A stretch of DNA of 64,000 nt from a candidate division TA06 bacterium (GCA_004376575.1 SOJN01000075.1:15842-79841); one strand, 5' to 3'. Shown: positions 28,613-39,069, numbered from the stretch's first letter. Notes: a model not told the origin generated them from the sequence alone. Translations and numbers: made by a program.

Positions 28613-30507
28613 CTTAAGAGCACCGCCTTGCGAGTGATGCAAACCCCGGAAGCCTCAAGCCTGACAAAATAGATTCCAGCAGACACATCACGGCCTTGTG
28701 AGCTCTTTCCGTCCCAGTGGAGCCTTAAAGAACCATGCTCTCCTTTGCTGAGCACCTTCACCAGTCTCCCGGTCACATCGTAGACGCTAACTTGTGAGGA
28801 TTTGTATTCTCCTTCAGGCGGAATGTAAGCCTCAATCACCGTACGCCCAAAGAATGGGTTGGGGCTGCAAGCATAAAGCCTGGGTCCTCCAAACCTACTT
28901 TTCCCCATGACCTCTTCCTGCACACCCACGCTCGAGTGGTATACGACGAAGTCCAGTGTATCGGTACCGCCGTTGACTATCAGGCTATCATAATAGAAGG
29001 GTATCGAGTAGTAGAGGGTGTCCGGAAGGTTCGTAATGAAAATGCCATATGTGTCCGGTTCTGATGGGAACCAGTACGCGCCAGACGGATCAGGATTTGC
29101 CATTCCTGATGCGTTCTGTGGAGGAAAGAAAGGAGTCTGCCAGTAGGAGAGTAGAACGACAAGTGTTTCGAGCGGGAATTGGAGTGAACCGGGCACACTC
29201 GGGTGAAAAGAAATCGTTCCGCCTATGGTATCTGTGGCTGGAACGAAGTTGAAGTTCACGGTGTCACCTCCACTGAACCCTGACCTGACGAAACCGTTTT
29301 CCACCACATGCCCGGGAATCCGATCTCCCAAGGGAGGGTCTATGGCTACGCGCCAGGTGAGAGTATCAGCGGAATTCACACCAAGCCTATATAGTCCTGT
29401 CGCGGAATCGCACAGGGTCATGGCCATTCCCACACCAGACGTTTCACACTCCGCAATCATGAAATGAAAAGTATCGAGTGGAACCGTATCCACAATGGTC
29501 ACTTTCCCTACTATTATAGTGTCCGCCCTATAGACAATAAAGTCTTCTACGAGACTGTCACCGGGGTTCAGGGTTATGGAATGTTCAGGCGGGATAATGT
29601 AGTAGGGCAATAGACCGAACCCCCAGAATCCTAGATTCCAGTCCCCTAATTCTGAGTCGCTGAAGCAAATGAAATACCGTCCTGGTTCGTGAAGGCTTGC
29701 CTCCTTTGCCTCCCAGGTGCTGTCGAAGGCTGCGATGCCTAGCCCCCGCGGCAGACTGTCCCCCAGGTCATCCACTACAGAACCAACCACTTTTGCGGAA
29801 GCAAGCTGATAGGTGTAGTCCATGTTTGTTAAGGTGTCCAGGAGCGTCACGGTGTCATAATCTGGCCTCACGTATGCGAATATATCACTCGAAGGACCGA
29901 TCTCGTACTGTTCACCCAGTGCACTGGAATCGAGTTCTATTGTGTAGTCCCCATTTGTATCGGTAAACGCCGTCCAGAAACCTCCTATCATGGTATCCGG
30001 GCTCGCCTCCACCTCTATCAACGCGAGACTGTTGTTAGGGGGAGTTACACCCTCGAGGCTAACTGTTCCACTTATGATGACGTCAGGTTGAGGAAGCGAC
30101 AAAACATACCCGGTATCAGAGGCGAACGAGCCATCTTCGTCAGTGGCTCTCACGATATATGTCCAGCCAGGAGTAAGCCCGGCGGGCCCGACGTCCATCC
30201 TTATCCACCCTGGCATTGTATCCCCATCCGGCATGCCGAAGTTAAACGTGAAGTCCTGGTCGATCTGCGGCATGCCTATAAGAAATTTGTCTCCAGGGGA
30301 AATATCTCCGGATTGGTCAGTATCCACAAAAACCTCCCACCACACACCGCGGCCATTAACATTGCAGCCGAAGGCGAGCGTATCGCCGCTTGTCATGCCG
30401 GCGGCAGACGTATCTCCATTCGCAGACATGTAAACATAATCTGTGCCAGTAGCCGAAAGAGAACAAAAAACTGCCAAGACAACTACCAACAACGCTGTCC
30501 GCAACAT
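28609..30507 (-). CDS. secreted protein with type IX secretion C-terminal sorting domain
   Basis: 632 aa; signal peptide; C-terminus 'NPFF..TVIEAYIP...VSVYDVTGRLVKVL...WDGKSSQGRDVSAGIYFVRL...KAVLLR' matches the Por_Secre_tail pattern. Confidence 0.7.
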   Translation of the reverse strand: MLRTALLVVVLAVFCSLSATGTDYVYMSANGDTSAAGMTSGDTLAFGCNVNGRGVWWEVFVDTDQSGDISPGDKFLIGMPQIDQDFTFNFGMPDGDTMPGWIRMDVGPAGLTPGWTYIVRATDEDGSFASDTGYVLSLPQPDVIISGTVSLEGVTPPNNSLALIEVEASPDTMIGGFWTAFTDTNGDYTIELDSSALGEQYEIGPSSDIFAYVRPDYDTVTLLDTLTNMDYTYQLASAKVVGSVVDDLGDSLPRGLGIAAFDSTWEAKEASLHEPGRYFICFSDSELGDWNLGFWGFGLLPYYIIPPEHSITLNPGDSLVEDFIVYRADTIIVGKVTIVDTVPLDTFHFMIAECETSGVGMAMTLCDSATGLYRLGVNSADTLTWRVAIDPPLGDRIPGHVVENGFVRSGFSGGDTVNFNFVPATDTIGGTISFHPSVPGSLQFPLETLVVLLSYWQTPFFPPQNASGMANPDPSGAYWFPSEPDTYGIFITNLPDTLYYSIPFYYDSLIVNGGTDTLDFVVYHSSVGVQEEVMGKSRFGGPRLYACSPNPFFGRTVIEAYIPPEGEYKSSQVSVYDVTGRLVKVLSKGEHGSLRLHWDGKSSQGRDVSAGIYFVRLEASGVCITRKAVLLR

Positions 30508-30517
30508 ACCGGGCCTC

Positions 30518-32263
30518 CTATCTCAAAAGCACAACCTTACACGATGCGCTTAGTCGCCTGGATTTCATGCTGACAAAATAGGTTCCAGCTGGCAGCTTTC
30601 TCCCATCCCCGTCTTTGCCGTCCCACTTAGCGCTGAAGTGTGAGCCAGGTCCGCCAACCAATGCCTTCAACTCCTTGACCAATCTTCCACCGACATCATA
30701 AATGGCCACTACTATGTCTGAACTTAAACTCCCATGAGTCTCTGCATACTCAACAGGCAGGGAGATGTCCACTGTTGTGCTCGCCACGAAAGGATTCGGT
30801 CTCGCACTCATCTTGATGTGGTTCAGGTCTGGGTTTCTTGCTCCGGCGTACTCCATAATTCCGGTAGAAATGTTGTCCAACAAAAAGTTGCCGGTTGGAG
30901 GATCCCAGTTGGTCACAATAAGGTCCAGGTCTCCTGAATAGTCATAGCACATGACTACGTTAGCCATCCCCGGGCTGGGAGCGTCTTTGAAAGATATCCA
31001 TCCAGCATTCAAATCGTAACAGTAGTCGGTTGGCGCGAGGGTGTCTCCATCGACAAGAATGTCCTCGATCGCGTGCACCGGATAGTGGAGAAAATAGAAA
31101 ATCTTCTTCACACCATCCCCATCCAGGGCATCACAACTGCCCAAAACCCCGTCGCCATCAACATCACCCCAGACAACCTCCTCACACACCAACGACTTGC
31201 CACCGCCAGGATACCAGGACCAGGTCGGCACTGTATCAAGAGTGCCGCCAAAGTTCTCGAAAACGACCAGCGGTTCCCACCAGCCCCCTGAAGCCAGATC
31301 AAGGTCACCATCTGCGTCAACATCTCCCAGGGCAATACATGAGTAATTGCTCTTGGCATCAGCACTCTTCCAGGAAGGGTGGACTTCGAGAGTTCCTGCC
31401 TGGTTGAAGTAGATGCGGCAGTCCGCGCCGTTCGAAACAGCCAGATCCACCCAACCGTCGCCGTCCACATCACCAAAGGCAATCTGGTTTGCTGTAGCAA
31501 TCTCATCTGACTGCCAGGAGGGCGACGACTCCAGCACTCCGCCATTGTTGTAATAAAGATGATTGTAGTTCTGCTCGTTCCCAATCGCCAGGTCAAGGTC
31601 TCCATCGTTGTCCACATCACCCCAGGCAACGCCATACGCATATCCTAGAAGAGAAGTCCAGGATGCTATGGTTTCAAAGACCCCACCGGTGTTAAGATAT
31701 AGCCTACTGCTCTGACTTCTGCTCGAATACATTTCACCGCCCGAGAATACAATGTCCAGATCCCCATCGCCATCCACGTCACCAAACGCGCAGTCGAAGC
31801 TGTTAAACGTGTCCGACATCGCATTGCGCCAGGAAGGGCTCCGCTCCAGAGAATCGCCTATGTTGTAGTAGATATTGTGTATATAAGGGACAAAACCAGC
31901 AGACACGCCACCATAGTACGCGACAGCCATATCGATATCCCCGTCGTTATCAACATCACCCACAGCGTTGTGTCCAAAGTATCCCTGATCAAATGACACC
32001 CATGAACCAATGTCCTCAAGAACTCCATTCTGGTTCATGTAGACCGAATTACTGTTGAGAGCCATATCATTACCATTGCCCACAAAAAGATCCAAATACC
32101 CGTCTCTGTCCACATCCGCCAGAGCACCTCCAGTGCTGAAGTCGTTGTCAACAGATTCCCAGATGGGAGAGGGGCCGAGAGGAACAGCGGCACTTGCACT
32201 GGCGCAGACAAAAACCAATAAAAATACTACTATAAATTGAAAATCAAAAATACTAAATTTCAA
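30518..32263 (-). CDS. FG-GAP repeat protein with type IX secretion C-terminal sorting domain; TTG start
   Basis: 581 aa; repeated 'GDVDGDG(D/W)LDL' FG-GAP/VCBS blades; CTD 'NPFVASTTVDISLP...AIYDVGGRLVKEL...WDGKDGDGRKLPAGTYFV...KVVLLR'; reading frame begins at TTG 8 nt after GGGGGAGG. Confidence 0.75.
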   Translation of the reverse strand: MKFSIFDFQFIVVFLLVFVCASASAAVPLGPSPIWESVDNDFSTGGALADVDRDGYLDLFVGNGNDMALNSNSVYMNQNGVLEDIGSWVSFDQGYFGHNAVGDVDNDGDIDMAVAYYGGVSAGFVPYIHNIYYNIGDSLERSPSWRNAMSDTFNSFDCAFGDVDGDGDLDIVFSGGEMYSSRSQSSRLYLNTGGVFETIASWTSLLGYAYGVAWGDVDNDGDLDLAIGNEQNYNHLYYNNGGVLESSPSWQSDEIATANQIAFGDVDGDGWVDLAVSNGADCRIYFNQAGTLEVHPSWKSADAKSNYSCIALGDVDADGDLDLASGGWWEPLVVFENFGGTLDTVPTWSWYPGGGKSLVCEEVVWGDVDGDGVLGSCDALDGDGVKKIFYFLHYPVHAIEDILVDGDTLAPTDYCYDLNAGWISFKDAPSPGMANVVMCYDYSGDLDLIVTNWDPPTGNFLLDNISTGIMEYAGARNPDLNHIKMSARPNPFVASTTVDISLPVEYAETHGSLSSDIVVAIYDVGGRLVKELKALVGGPGSHFSAKWDGKDGDGRKLPAGTYFVSMKSRRLSASCKVVLLR

Positions 32264-32279
32264 ATTCGCCTCCCCCTCG

Positions 32280-32325
32280 ACTTTGATTCTACAATTCGAT
32301 ATTTACAATCTAGTATTTACAATGC
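32280..32325 (-). promoter_or_regulatory. three tandem ~14-bp repeats (ATTGTAnA(A/T)T) upstream of the FG-GAP/T9SS gene
   Basis: Minus strand reads ATTGTAAATACTAG ATTGTAAATATCGA ATTGTAGAATCAAA, about 20-60 nt upstream of the TTG start. Confidence 0.4.
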
Positions 32326-32345
32326 GACATCCGAAAGATGTCGTT

Positions 32346-33275
32346 TTACCGCATAAGCTCCACCATAACCGCCTTCTGCGAATGAAGCCTGTTCTCAGCC
32401 TGATCAAAAACCACTGATTGTGGACCGTCAATCACTTCCGAACTCACCTCTTCACCCCTGTGCGCAGGCAGGCAGTGCATAAAGAGGGCATCTTTCCTCG
32501 CCAGCCCCATCATTGCTCCGGTCACCTGAAAGTCCTTGAAAACCTTGAGCCTCTCCTCCCTTTCATCCTCCTGGCCCATTGACGCCCAAGTGTCAGTGTA
32601 GATAACATCTGCATCTTTTGCTGCTTGCTCAGGATCATTCACTACATTCAAAGTCGACTTTCTGGCCAGGTTTCTGGCCATATCCAGAACTTGAGTGTCC
32701 GGCTCATATCCCTGAGGGCACCCTGCCACCATATCGACATCCAGCAGAGCCGATGCGAGTAGCAGCGAGTTGCACACGTTGTTTCCGTCCCCTATGTATC
32801 CTACCCTGAGCCCGGCCAGTCTTACGCTTCCACCCGCCTTATGCTCGCAGATAGTCTGAAAATCGGCTAATGCCTGACACGGATGTTCCAGGTCGCTCAA
32901 AGCGTTTATGACAGGTATGGATGAGTTTTCAGCCAGTTCCTTCACGGTGGAATGGGTAAAGGTCCTGGCCGCCATGCCATTCACCCAGCGGGAGAGATTC
33001 CTTGCGACATCAGAAACCGACTCCCTGTTGCCCACTCCAATGTCAGAAGGCGCTAAATATATCGCATGACCTCCAAGCTGGCTCATCCCACACTCGAATG
33101 TCACCCTTGTTCTGAGTGATGGCTTCTCAAACACCATCGCCAGTATCCTATCCTTAAGGTACTTGTGCTCTTCTCTTCTTCTCAGCTTCTTCTTGAATTC
33201 GATGGCCAACCCCAGCAGCACTTTTGTCTCTTCGCTGGTGATGTCGGATATGCCCATGAAATTCTTTTTTTTCAA
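32346..33275 (-). CDS. argF: ornithine carbamoyltransferase
   Basis: 309 aa; 'STRTR' carbamoyl-phosphate motif, 'HPCQALAD' and 'FMHCLP' ornithine-binding motifs. Confidence 0.85.
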   Translation of the reverse strand: MKKKNFMGISDITSEETKVLLGLAIEFKKKLRRREEHKYLKDRILAMVFEKPSLRTRVTFECGMSQLGGHAIYLAPSDIGVGNRESVSDVARNLSRWVNGMAARTFTHSTVKELAENSSIPVINALSDLEHPCQALADFQTICEHKAGGSVRLAGLRVGYIGDGNNVCNSLLLASALLDVDMVAGCPQGYEPDTQVLDMARNLARKSTLNVVNDPEQAAKDADVIYTDTWASMGQEDEREERLKVFKDFQVTGAMMGLARKDALFMHCLPAHRGEEVSSEVIDGPQSVVFDQAENRLHSQKAVMVELMR

Positions 33276-33298
33276 GCTAACTCCCTGTTGCTTTGCTC

Positions 33299-34717
33299 TC
33301 AGAGTATATATCTACTCAGGTCCCGGTCAGCAACAATTCCAGAAAGGGTCTTCTTCACAGCGTCACCATTCAAATGTATCTCAGTCTCTCCACTCTCTGG
33401 AACAGAAAACAGAATACTCTCAAGAAGGGTCGTCATTATTGTGTGCAGCCTTCTTGCACCGATGTTCTCTGTGCTCTCATTCACCATCACTGCAAAGTTC
33501 GCAATTTCTTCGACCGCGTCTTCAGTGAAGTCTATTCCAACACCTTCGGTCTCAAGGAGAGCGGTATACTGTTTTATCAAAGCATTCTCAGGCTCTATGA
33601 GTATCCTCCTGAGGTCCTCCTTGGATAGGCTGTTTAATTCGACTCTTATGGGAAATCTTCCCTGCAGTTCAGGAATAAGGTCTGAAGGTTTTGTCGCGTG
33701 GAAAGCTCCGGCTGCGATAAACAAGATATGGTCAGTCTTCACCATCCCATGCTTGGTCATCACGTTGCCGCCTTCAACTATGGGCAGGAGGTCTCTCTGC
33801 ACCCCTCCGCGCGACACATCGGGGCCTGAAATCTGTCCCTTCTCGCCAGTTATTTTGTCAATTTCATCAAGAAAAACTATGCCGGAGTTTTCTACCCTCA
33901 ACTTCGCTTCACTCACCACCTCATCCATGTCAATCAGCTTCTGCCCTTCCTCTTGAGACAATATCTTGAGGGCCTCATCCACAGTCACCTTCCTCGTCTT
34001 CATCTTCTTGGGAAGCATACCTGCAAGCATATCCTGGAGTCCACTATCAAGCTCCTCCATGCCGCCGCTCGTGAGCACTTCAAGAAATGGAACATACTGC
34101 TTCTGAACAGAAAGCTCCACCATCCTGTCCTTGAACTTCCCTTCCCTGAGTAGCTTCTTCAGTCTTTCACGTGTCCCAAAATGTGAGTCTTCTCCTCCCT
34201 GGACAGTGGACGGCCCCATGGGGAGCAGTATGTCAAGAACGCGCTCTTCGGCCAGACTGCTTGCTTTTTCTTCCACAAGGGCCATCATCTCGTGCTTTAT
34301 CATGTTGACGGCTATACCCACAAGATCCCTTATCATCGATTCAACGTCCCTGCCCACATATCCCACTTCCGTGAACTTCGAAGCCTCAACCTTCACGAAT
34401 GGAGCCTGGGCAAGCCTTGCAAGTCGTCTTGCTATTTCGGTCTTCCCCACGCCTGTAGGCCCAATCATGATTATGTTGTTGGGCATGATCTCTTCCCGCA
34501 GTGCACCAGATACCCTCTGTCTTCGCCACCTGTTCCTGAGGGCAATAGCCACAGCCTTCTTTGCCTTGTCCTGACCTATTATGTACCTGTCAAGCTCCTT
34601 CACAATCTGATGTGGAGTCAGAGCACTGGGATCAGGCTTGAAAGGCTCTACAGAATGGGGTTTTTGTATCTCTATGATATCCATGTCCTCGCTCTGAAAC
34701 GACTTATACCACAACAT
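33299..34717 (-). CDS. hslU: ATP-dependent protease ATPase subunit HslU
   Basis: 472 aa; '[21 protein letters not shown]', Walker A 'GPTGVGKT', I-domain insertion. Confidence 0.95.
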   Translation of the reverse strand: MLWYKSFQSEDMDIIEIQKPHSVEPFKPDPSALTPHQIVKELDRYIIGQDKAKKAVAIALRNRWRRQRVSGALREEIMPNNIIMIGPTGVGKTEIARRLARLAQAPFVKVEASKFTEVGYVGRDVESMIRDLVGIAVNMIKHEMMALVEEKASSLAEERVLDILLPMGPSTVQGGEDSHFGTRERLKKLLREGKFKDRMVELSVQKQYVPFLEVLTSGGMEELDSGLQDMLAGMLPKKMKTRKVTVDEALKILSQEEGQKLIDMDEVVSEAKLRVENSGIVFLDEIDKITGEKGQISGPDVSRGGVQRDLLPIVEGGNVMTKHGMVKTDHILFIAAGAFHATKPSDLIPELQGRFPIRVELNSLSKEDLRRILIEPENALIKQYTALLETEGVGIDFTEDAVEEIANFAVMVNESTENIGARRLHTIMTTLLESILFSVPESGETEIHLNGDAVKKTLSGIVADRDLSRYIL

Positions 34718-34787
34718 TCTACCGCAGGCAACACATATTCAACCAACAAGAACCACTCTTGCGCCATGACCCCTGTAACCACAGATT

Positions 34788-34912
34788 TCACAGCCTCCTT
34801 CGCCCTTAGTGGCTTCGGAGGGCAAGGATTATCACTAGATTATTCTTCTGGTTCGGTTTCAGCCATAAGCATGTGTTTGAAATCTGTGTTAATCTTGTGT
34901 AATCTCGTGGTT
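34788..34912. repeat. inverted-repeat element copy B in the hslV-hslU intergenic region
   Basis: AACCACAGATTTCACAG left arm, internal GATTATCACTAGATT, right arm AAATCTGTGTTAATCTTGTGTAATCTCGTGG; homologous to copy A. Confidence 0.6.
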
Positions 34913-34928
34913 TCAAGCCCGGGTGTCC

Positions 34929-35462
34929 CTACAGCGTTTCCAGGGTTATACTATCGTTAGTATAGACACACAGGGATGCCGCCATCTTGATCGACTCCTC
35001 GGCAATCTCACCAGCCGAAAGCGCGCTGTGCTTCACCAGAGAGCGGGCAGCTGCTGCCGCATATCCGCCGCCAGAACCTATTGCGGCAACTCCATCGTCG
35101 GGTTCTATCACATCTCCAGAACCAGATATGACATATGTGTGGCCAGAATCGGCAACTATCAGGAGAGCTTCCAGTCTCCTAAGTATCTTATCCGTCCTCC
35201 AATCTTTGGCCAGCTCGACTGCAGCTCTTTGAAGATTGCCCCTGAACTCCTCCAGTTTCTTTTCAAACTTCTCGAAGAGAGTGAGGGCATCGGCCGTGCT
35301 TCCTGCAAACCCTGATAGGATCTTACCAGAATACGTTCTTCTTATCTTCTTCGCCCCACTCTTCATTATCACTTCTCCCACAGACACCTGACCGTCACCT
35401 GCCATGGCAACTCTGCCATTGTGTCTCACCGCGATTATCGTTGTTGAGCGCACTCTTTCCAC
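34929..35462 (-). CDS. hslV: ATP-dependent protease subunit HslV
   Basis: 177 aa; N-terminal Thr nucleophile '[21 protein letters not shown]'. Confidence 0.95.
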   Translation of the reverse strand: MERVRSTTIIAVRHNGRVAMAGDGQVSVGEVIMKSGAKKIRRTYSGKILSGFAGSTADALTLFEKFEKKLEEFRGNLQRAAVELAKDWRTDKILRRLEALLIVADSGHTYVISGSGDVIEPDDGVAAIGSGGGYAAAAARSLVKHSALSAGEIAEESIKMAASLCVYTNDSITLETL

Positions 35463-35469
35463 CTCCAGC

Positions 35470-35919
35470 TTATTTTCTAAGTATCAGCCACAGACCAAAC
35501 CCTACCATGAGGGTGGAAATAGAAATGGGCAAAACTACCGGGAAAATCCAGGGGACCGGAATGAGAAACAGGACATCCATTGTCATAAAAGATGCCGGCC
35601 AATCAAGCAATGCCTTTAGGAATACATAATAAAATATATCCCAGATACCGAATATGAGAAGAAACGCTCCCATCTTTTTCAACCTGTTTTCATACGCAAG
35701 TAAACTGACACCGAGTATCATCACCAGAGTGGCGACCTCTCTGCCTATCTCCATCCTGAGAATGTGCAGCTCGATCGGCGCCAGTGTGAGCTTAAACCCT
35801 TCCGGATAGTAAATTCTCCTCAGATAGACCACGACCGCAGCCTCCGCATAACCCATGCCCACAGAGTACAGCACTATGGGGAGGAGCCGCAGTCTATTCC
35901 TAGCTCTTTCGTCTGACAT
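35470..35919 (-). CDS. small integral membrane protein (about 4 TM), function unknown
   Basis: 149-aa ORF with four hydrophobic helices inserted between xerC and hslV; 20-nt overlap with the xerC end. Confidence 0.45.
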   Translation of the reverse strand: MSDERARNRLRLLPIVLYSVGMGYAEAAVVVYLRRIYYPEGFKLTLAPIELHILRMEIGREVATLVMILGVSLLAYENRLKKMGAFLLIFGIWDIFYYVFLKALLDWPASFMTMDVLFLIPVPWIFPVVLPISISTLMVGFGLWLILRK

Positions 35920-36826
35920 TTTTCTCAGCTCTGGGATGGGCTCTTTTATAAACCTCTTTCAGTCTATCTATGGTGACATGGCTGTAAATCTGAGTCGTGG
36001 ACAAAGACGCGTGGCCGAGCAGGTCTTGAATTGCTTTCAGGTCCGCTCCCCTTTCGAGCATGTGCGTCGCGAACGTGTGCCTTAATACGTGAGGATTGGT
36101 TCCTGACCTTGCACTCACGGTAAGAATGAACTTCCTCACAATCCTTTGAAGAGACCTGGTGGTCAGTCTTGTTCCAAGCTTGTTAAGAAACAAAGCATCG
36201 CTATCCACACCCTTCATCAGCTCTCCGCGCCTTTTCAGGTAGGCTTCAAGGGCGACACCGGCCTTTCTGCCTATGGGCAGTAGCCTCTCCTTCCTCCCCT
36301 TCCCCCTCACTTTCATCACCTCGGCATACATGTCACAATCCGCCACATTCAGCGAACAGAGTTCGGAGGCCCTCAGGCCTGCCCCATAGAGAAGCTCAAG
36401 CATGGCTCTGTTTCTCAAGGCGAGGATGTCCGAACCCTTTGGCGCCTCCATCAACAGTCTGGCCTCGTTTTGGCTGAGAATGGAGGGGAGCCTCTTTTCC
36501 GCCCTGGGGCTTCTTATGTTCAGAGCCGGATTTGTGCGAATGTAACCCTTTCTCTTCATGTGCTTGAAGAAAGACTTGAGTGCTGAAAGCTTCCTGGCGA
36601 TTGAGCGCCTCTCATAACCATACTTGTATAGCGAAGAAAGGAAAGACCTTATGTGCGCCCTGTCAACATCATCTACATCTTTCACCTTCGCCTCATCCAG
36701 AAGAAACTGACAAAACTGGCGCAAATCTCCTCCGTAGGCTCTCAAGGTCTCTTCAGAAAGATACCTCTCACCCTCCAGCGATTTCAGGAACCTAAAACTG
36801 AGAGTCTGTATATTCATGCCAGGCAC
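35900..36826 (-). CDS. xerC: tyrosine recombinase XerC/XerD
   Basis: 308 aa; N-terminal SAM-like core-binding domain; C-terminal 'HVLRHTFATHML...LGHASLSTTQIYSHV' with catalytic R/H/R/Y; canonical xerC-hslVU neighbourhood. Confidence 0.85.
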   Translation of the reverse strand: MPGMNIQTLSFRFLKSLEGERYLSEETLRAYGGDLRQFCQFLLDEAKVKDVDDVDRAHIRSFLSSLYKYGYERRSIARKLSALKSFFKHMKRKGYIRTNPALNIRSPRAEKRLPSILSQNEARLLMEAPKGSDILALRNRAMLELLYGAGLRASELCSLNVADCDMYAEVMKVRGKGRKERLLPIGRKAGVALEAYLKRRGELMKGVDSDALFLNKLGTRLTTRSLQRIVRKFILTVSARSGTNPHVLRHTFATHMLERGADLKAIQDLLGHASLSTTQIYSHVTIDRLKEVYKRAHPRAEKNVRRKS

Positions 36827-36848
36827 CTACAAAGGGTTCTGAAGAAGC

Positions 36849-39059
36849 TCAGCTCTCGCCCTTCAACTCATGTTTGCAGGCAAGGCACTGCAGGACTCTT
36901 CCGTCTTTTTTGTTCTTCTCCACCATCATGGATGCGCCACACTGGGGGCATTCAATAGGCACAGGTTTGTACCAGGTCGCGAAATCGCAATCAGGATACC
37001 GGCTACAACTGTAGAACACTTTCTTCTTCCTCGAGGTTCTCTCAACAACTTCACCACTGCAGCCTTGCTTGGGGCACTTGACACCCACCGACACCGGCCT
37101 GGTGAATTGGCACTGCGGATAGTTTGAGCACGCCACGAACCTGCCGTAGCGGCCAGTCTTGTAAATAAGTTTACCGCCGCATTCCGGGCAAGGTTCTTCT
37201 AGAACATCTTCTTCTTCGACAGGCTTGGTGTACTTACACTCCGGATACCCCTTGCACGCGAGGAACTTGCCGTATCTACCCCACCTGATAACCAGAGGCT
37301 TTCCACACTCAGGACAGGCCTCACCAGTCTCTTCCTCAATGGTTTCTTTCAGTCTTTTGCTCTCACTTTCTACTTTTCTCAACTGTTCGCTGAACGGCCC
37401 ATAGAACTGTCCCAGGACATCCTTCCACCCTGACTCTCCGGATTCCACCTTGTCGAGAAGCTCTTCCATGTTTGCTGTGAAGCCAACCGCGAACACCTCT
37501 GGAAAACTGGGTACAAGTATCTTGTTTACGGTGATACCCAGGTCTGTCGGAATCAACTTGCGACCACTGACTTCAACGTACCCCCTATCCAATATGGTCG
37601 ATATGGTCGGAGCATAGGTGCTCGGTCTGCCTATCCCTTTGTGTTCCAATTCTCGCACCAGGGTCGCCTCCGTGAACCTGGGAGGTGGCTGGGTGAAGTG
37701 CTGTTTCTTGTCCAGACTGACCAATTCCAGCCTATCCCCTTGGGAAAGGTGAGGCAACTCTTGATTCATGGCGCCGCTTTCTCTACCATTACCATTTTTC
37801 ATTTCGTAAACCTTCGTGAAACCCGGAAATATCATCTTTGAAGCCGTCGCCCTGAAAGTGTACTGGCCGGCATCGATGTCCGATGAGGCAGTCCTGTAAA
37901 GAGCCTCTGCCATCTGTGAAGCAACGAATCTCTTCCACACCAGCTCGTACAGCCTAAACTGATTCTTGTCCAGGTTTTTCTTGATCGAGTCCGGCGTCCT
38001 TTTCGAAGATGTTGGCCTTATCGCTTCGTGAGCCTCCTGCGCCCTTTTCCTAGACTTGTAAATGAACAGTTTTTCTGGAACGAACCGGTCACCAAATTCC
38101 TTGCCTATCAAACTTCTAACCTCTTCTATCGCTCTGGGAGCAGACCTGGTGGAGTCGGTTCGCATGTAGGTGATGAGCCCGACAGAACCTTCCTTGCCCA
38201 ATTCAATCCCTTCGAATAACTGTTGCGCAACGACCATTGTCTTTCTGGGCGAAAAGCCAAGCTTTCTTGAGCAATCCTGTTGCAACGTGCTTGTGGTGTA
38301 GGGAGGCTGTGGCCTCTGCTTTTTCTCTCCTCTCTGCAAAGACTTCACCACAAAATCGAGCCCCTTCAGATCCCGAATGATCTTGCCTGCCATTTCTTCA
38401 CTTTCTATCTGTGGTTTCTCTTCTGATATCTTTGTCAGACGGGCACTGAAAGGTTCGCCCTCACCCTTCAAAAGCTGGGCAGTTATGTCCCACCACTCCT
38501 TGGGAACAAAACTCTCTATCTCGCTTTCCCTCTCGCAGACAAGTCTGAGTGCAACGGTCTGAACTCTCCCTGCACTCAACCCTCTCCTTATTGTCTTCCA
38601 GAGTATGGGACTCACCTCGTATCCCACGAGCCTGTCCAGAATCCTTCTGGCCTGTTGAGCGTCCACTTTCTTCGCGTCTATCGCTCCAGGAGAGGCCATC
38701 GCGGCTTTGACTGCACTGGCAGTAATCTCAAAGAAGAGGACTCTGTAAACCTCGTGCTTGTTCTTGAGCTCCTTCGCAATGTGGAATGCAATCGCTTCTC
38801 CTTCCCTATCCGGGTCTGTCGCTATGAATACCTTGTCTGCGGTTTTTGCTGCATCTTTGAGCTTTCTGAGGAACGACCCTTTGCCTCTTATGGTGATGTA
38901 TTCAGGCCTGAACCCGTTCTGAACGTCGACCCCCAGCCTTGCCTTTGGCAGATCTTTTACGTGCCCCATGGAAGAAAGAACCACGAAACCCTTTCCCAGG
39001 ATTCTGCTTATCGTCTTTGCCTTGGTGGGCGACTCCACAACAACGAGAGAACTAGCCAT
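36849..39059 (-). CDS. topA: DNA topoisomerase I
   Basis: 736 aa; Toprim 'LVVVESPTKAKTI', several C-terminal C4 zinc ribbons 'CPECG...C..C'. Confidence 0.95.
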   Translation of the reverse strand: MASSLVVVESPTKAKTISRILGKGFVVLSSMGHVKDLPKARLGVDVQNGFRPEYITIRGKGSFLRKLKDAAKTADKVFIATDPDREGEAIAFHIAKELKNKHEVYRVLFFEITASAVKAAMASPGAIDAKKVDAQQARRILDRLVGYEVSPILWKTIRRGLSAGRVQTVALRLVCERESEIESFVPKEWWDITAQLLKGEGEPFSARLTKISEEKPQIESEEMAGKIIRDLKGLDFVVKSLQRGEKKQRPQPPYTTSTLQQDCSRKLGFSPRKTMVVAQQLFEGIELGKEGSVGLITYMRTDSTRSAPRAIEEVRSLIGKEFGDRFVPEKLFIYKSRKRAQEAHEAIRPTSSKRTPDSIKKNLDKNQFRLYELVWKRFVASQMAEALYRTASSDIDAGQYTFRATASKMIFPGFTKVYEMKNGNGRESGAMNQELPHLSQGDRLELVSLDKKQHFTQPPPRFTEATLVRELEHKGIGRPSTYAPTISTILDRGYVEVSGRKLIPTDLGITVNKILVPSFPEVFAVGFTANMEELLDKVESGESGWKDVLGQFYGPFSEQLRKVESESKRLKETIEEETGEACPECGKPLVIRWGRYGKFLACKGYPECKYTKPVEEEDVLEEPCPECGGKLIYKTGRYGRFVACSNYPQCQFTRPVSVGVKCPKQGCSGEVVERTSRKKKVFYSCSRYPDCDFATWYKPVPIECPQCGASMMVEKNKKDGRVLQCLACKHELKGES

Positions 39060-39069
39060 CTACCTTCCT

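Noticed and set aside
33165-33956. 263-aa plus-strand ORF, plus 34292..34960 (+)
   Set aside because: Antisense to hslU and argF; shadow ORFs
35900-36826. Tyrosine recombinase as an integrase of a mobile element
   Set aside because: It sits in the canonical xerC-hslV-hslU housekeeping arrangement with no flanking att-like repeats, tRNA target or phage genes; called as the chromosomal dimer-resolution XerC
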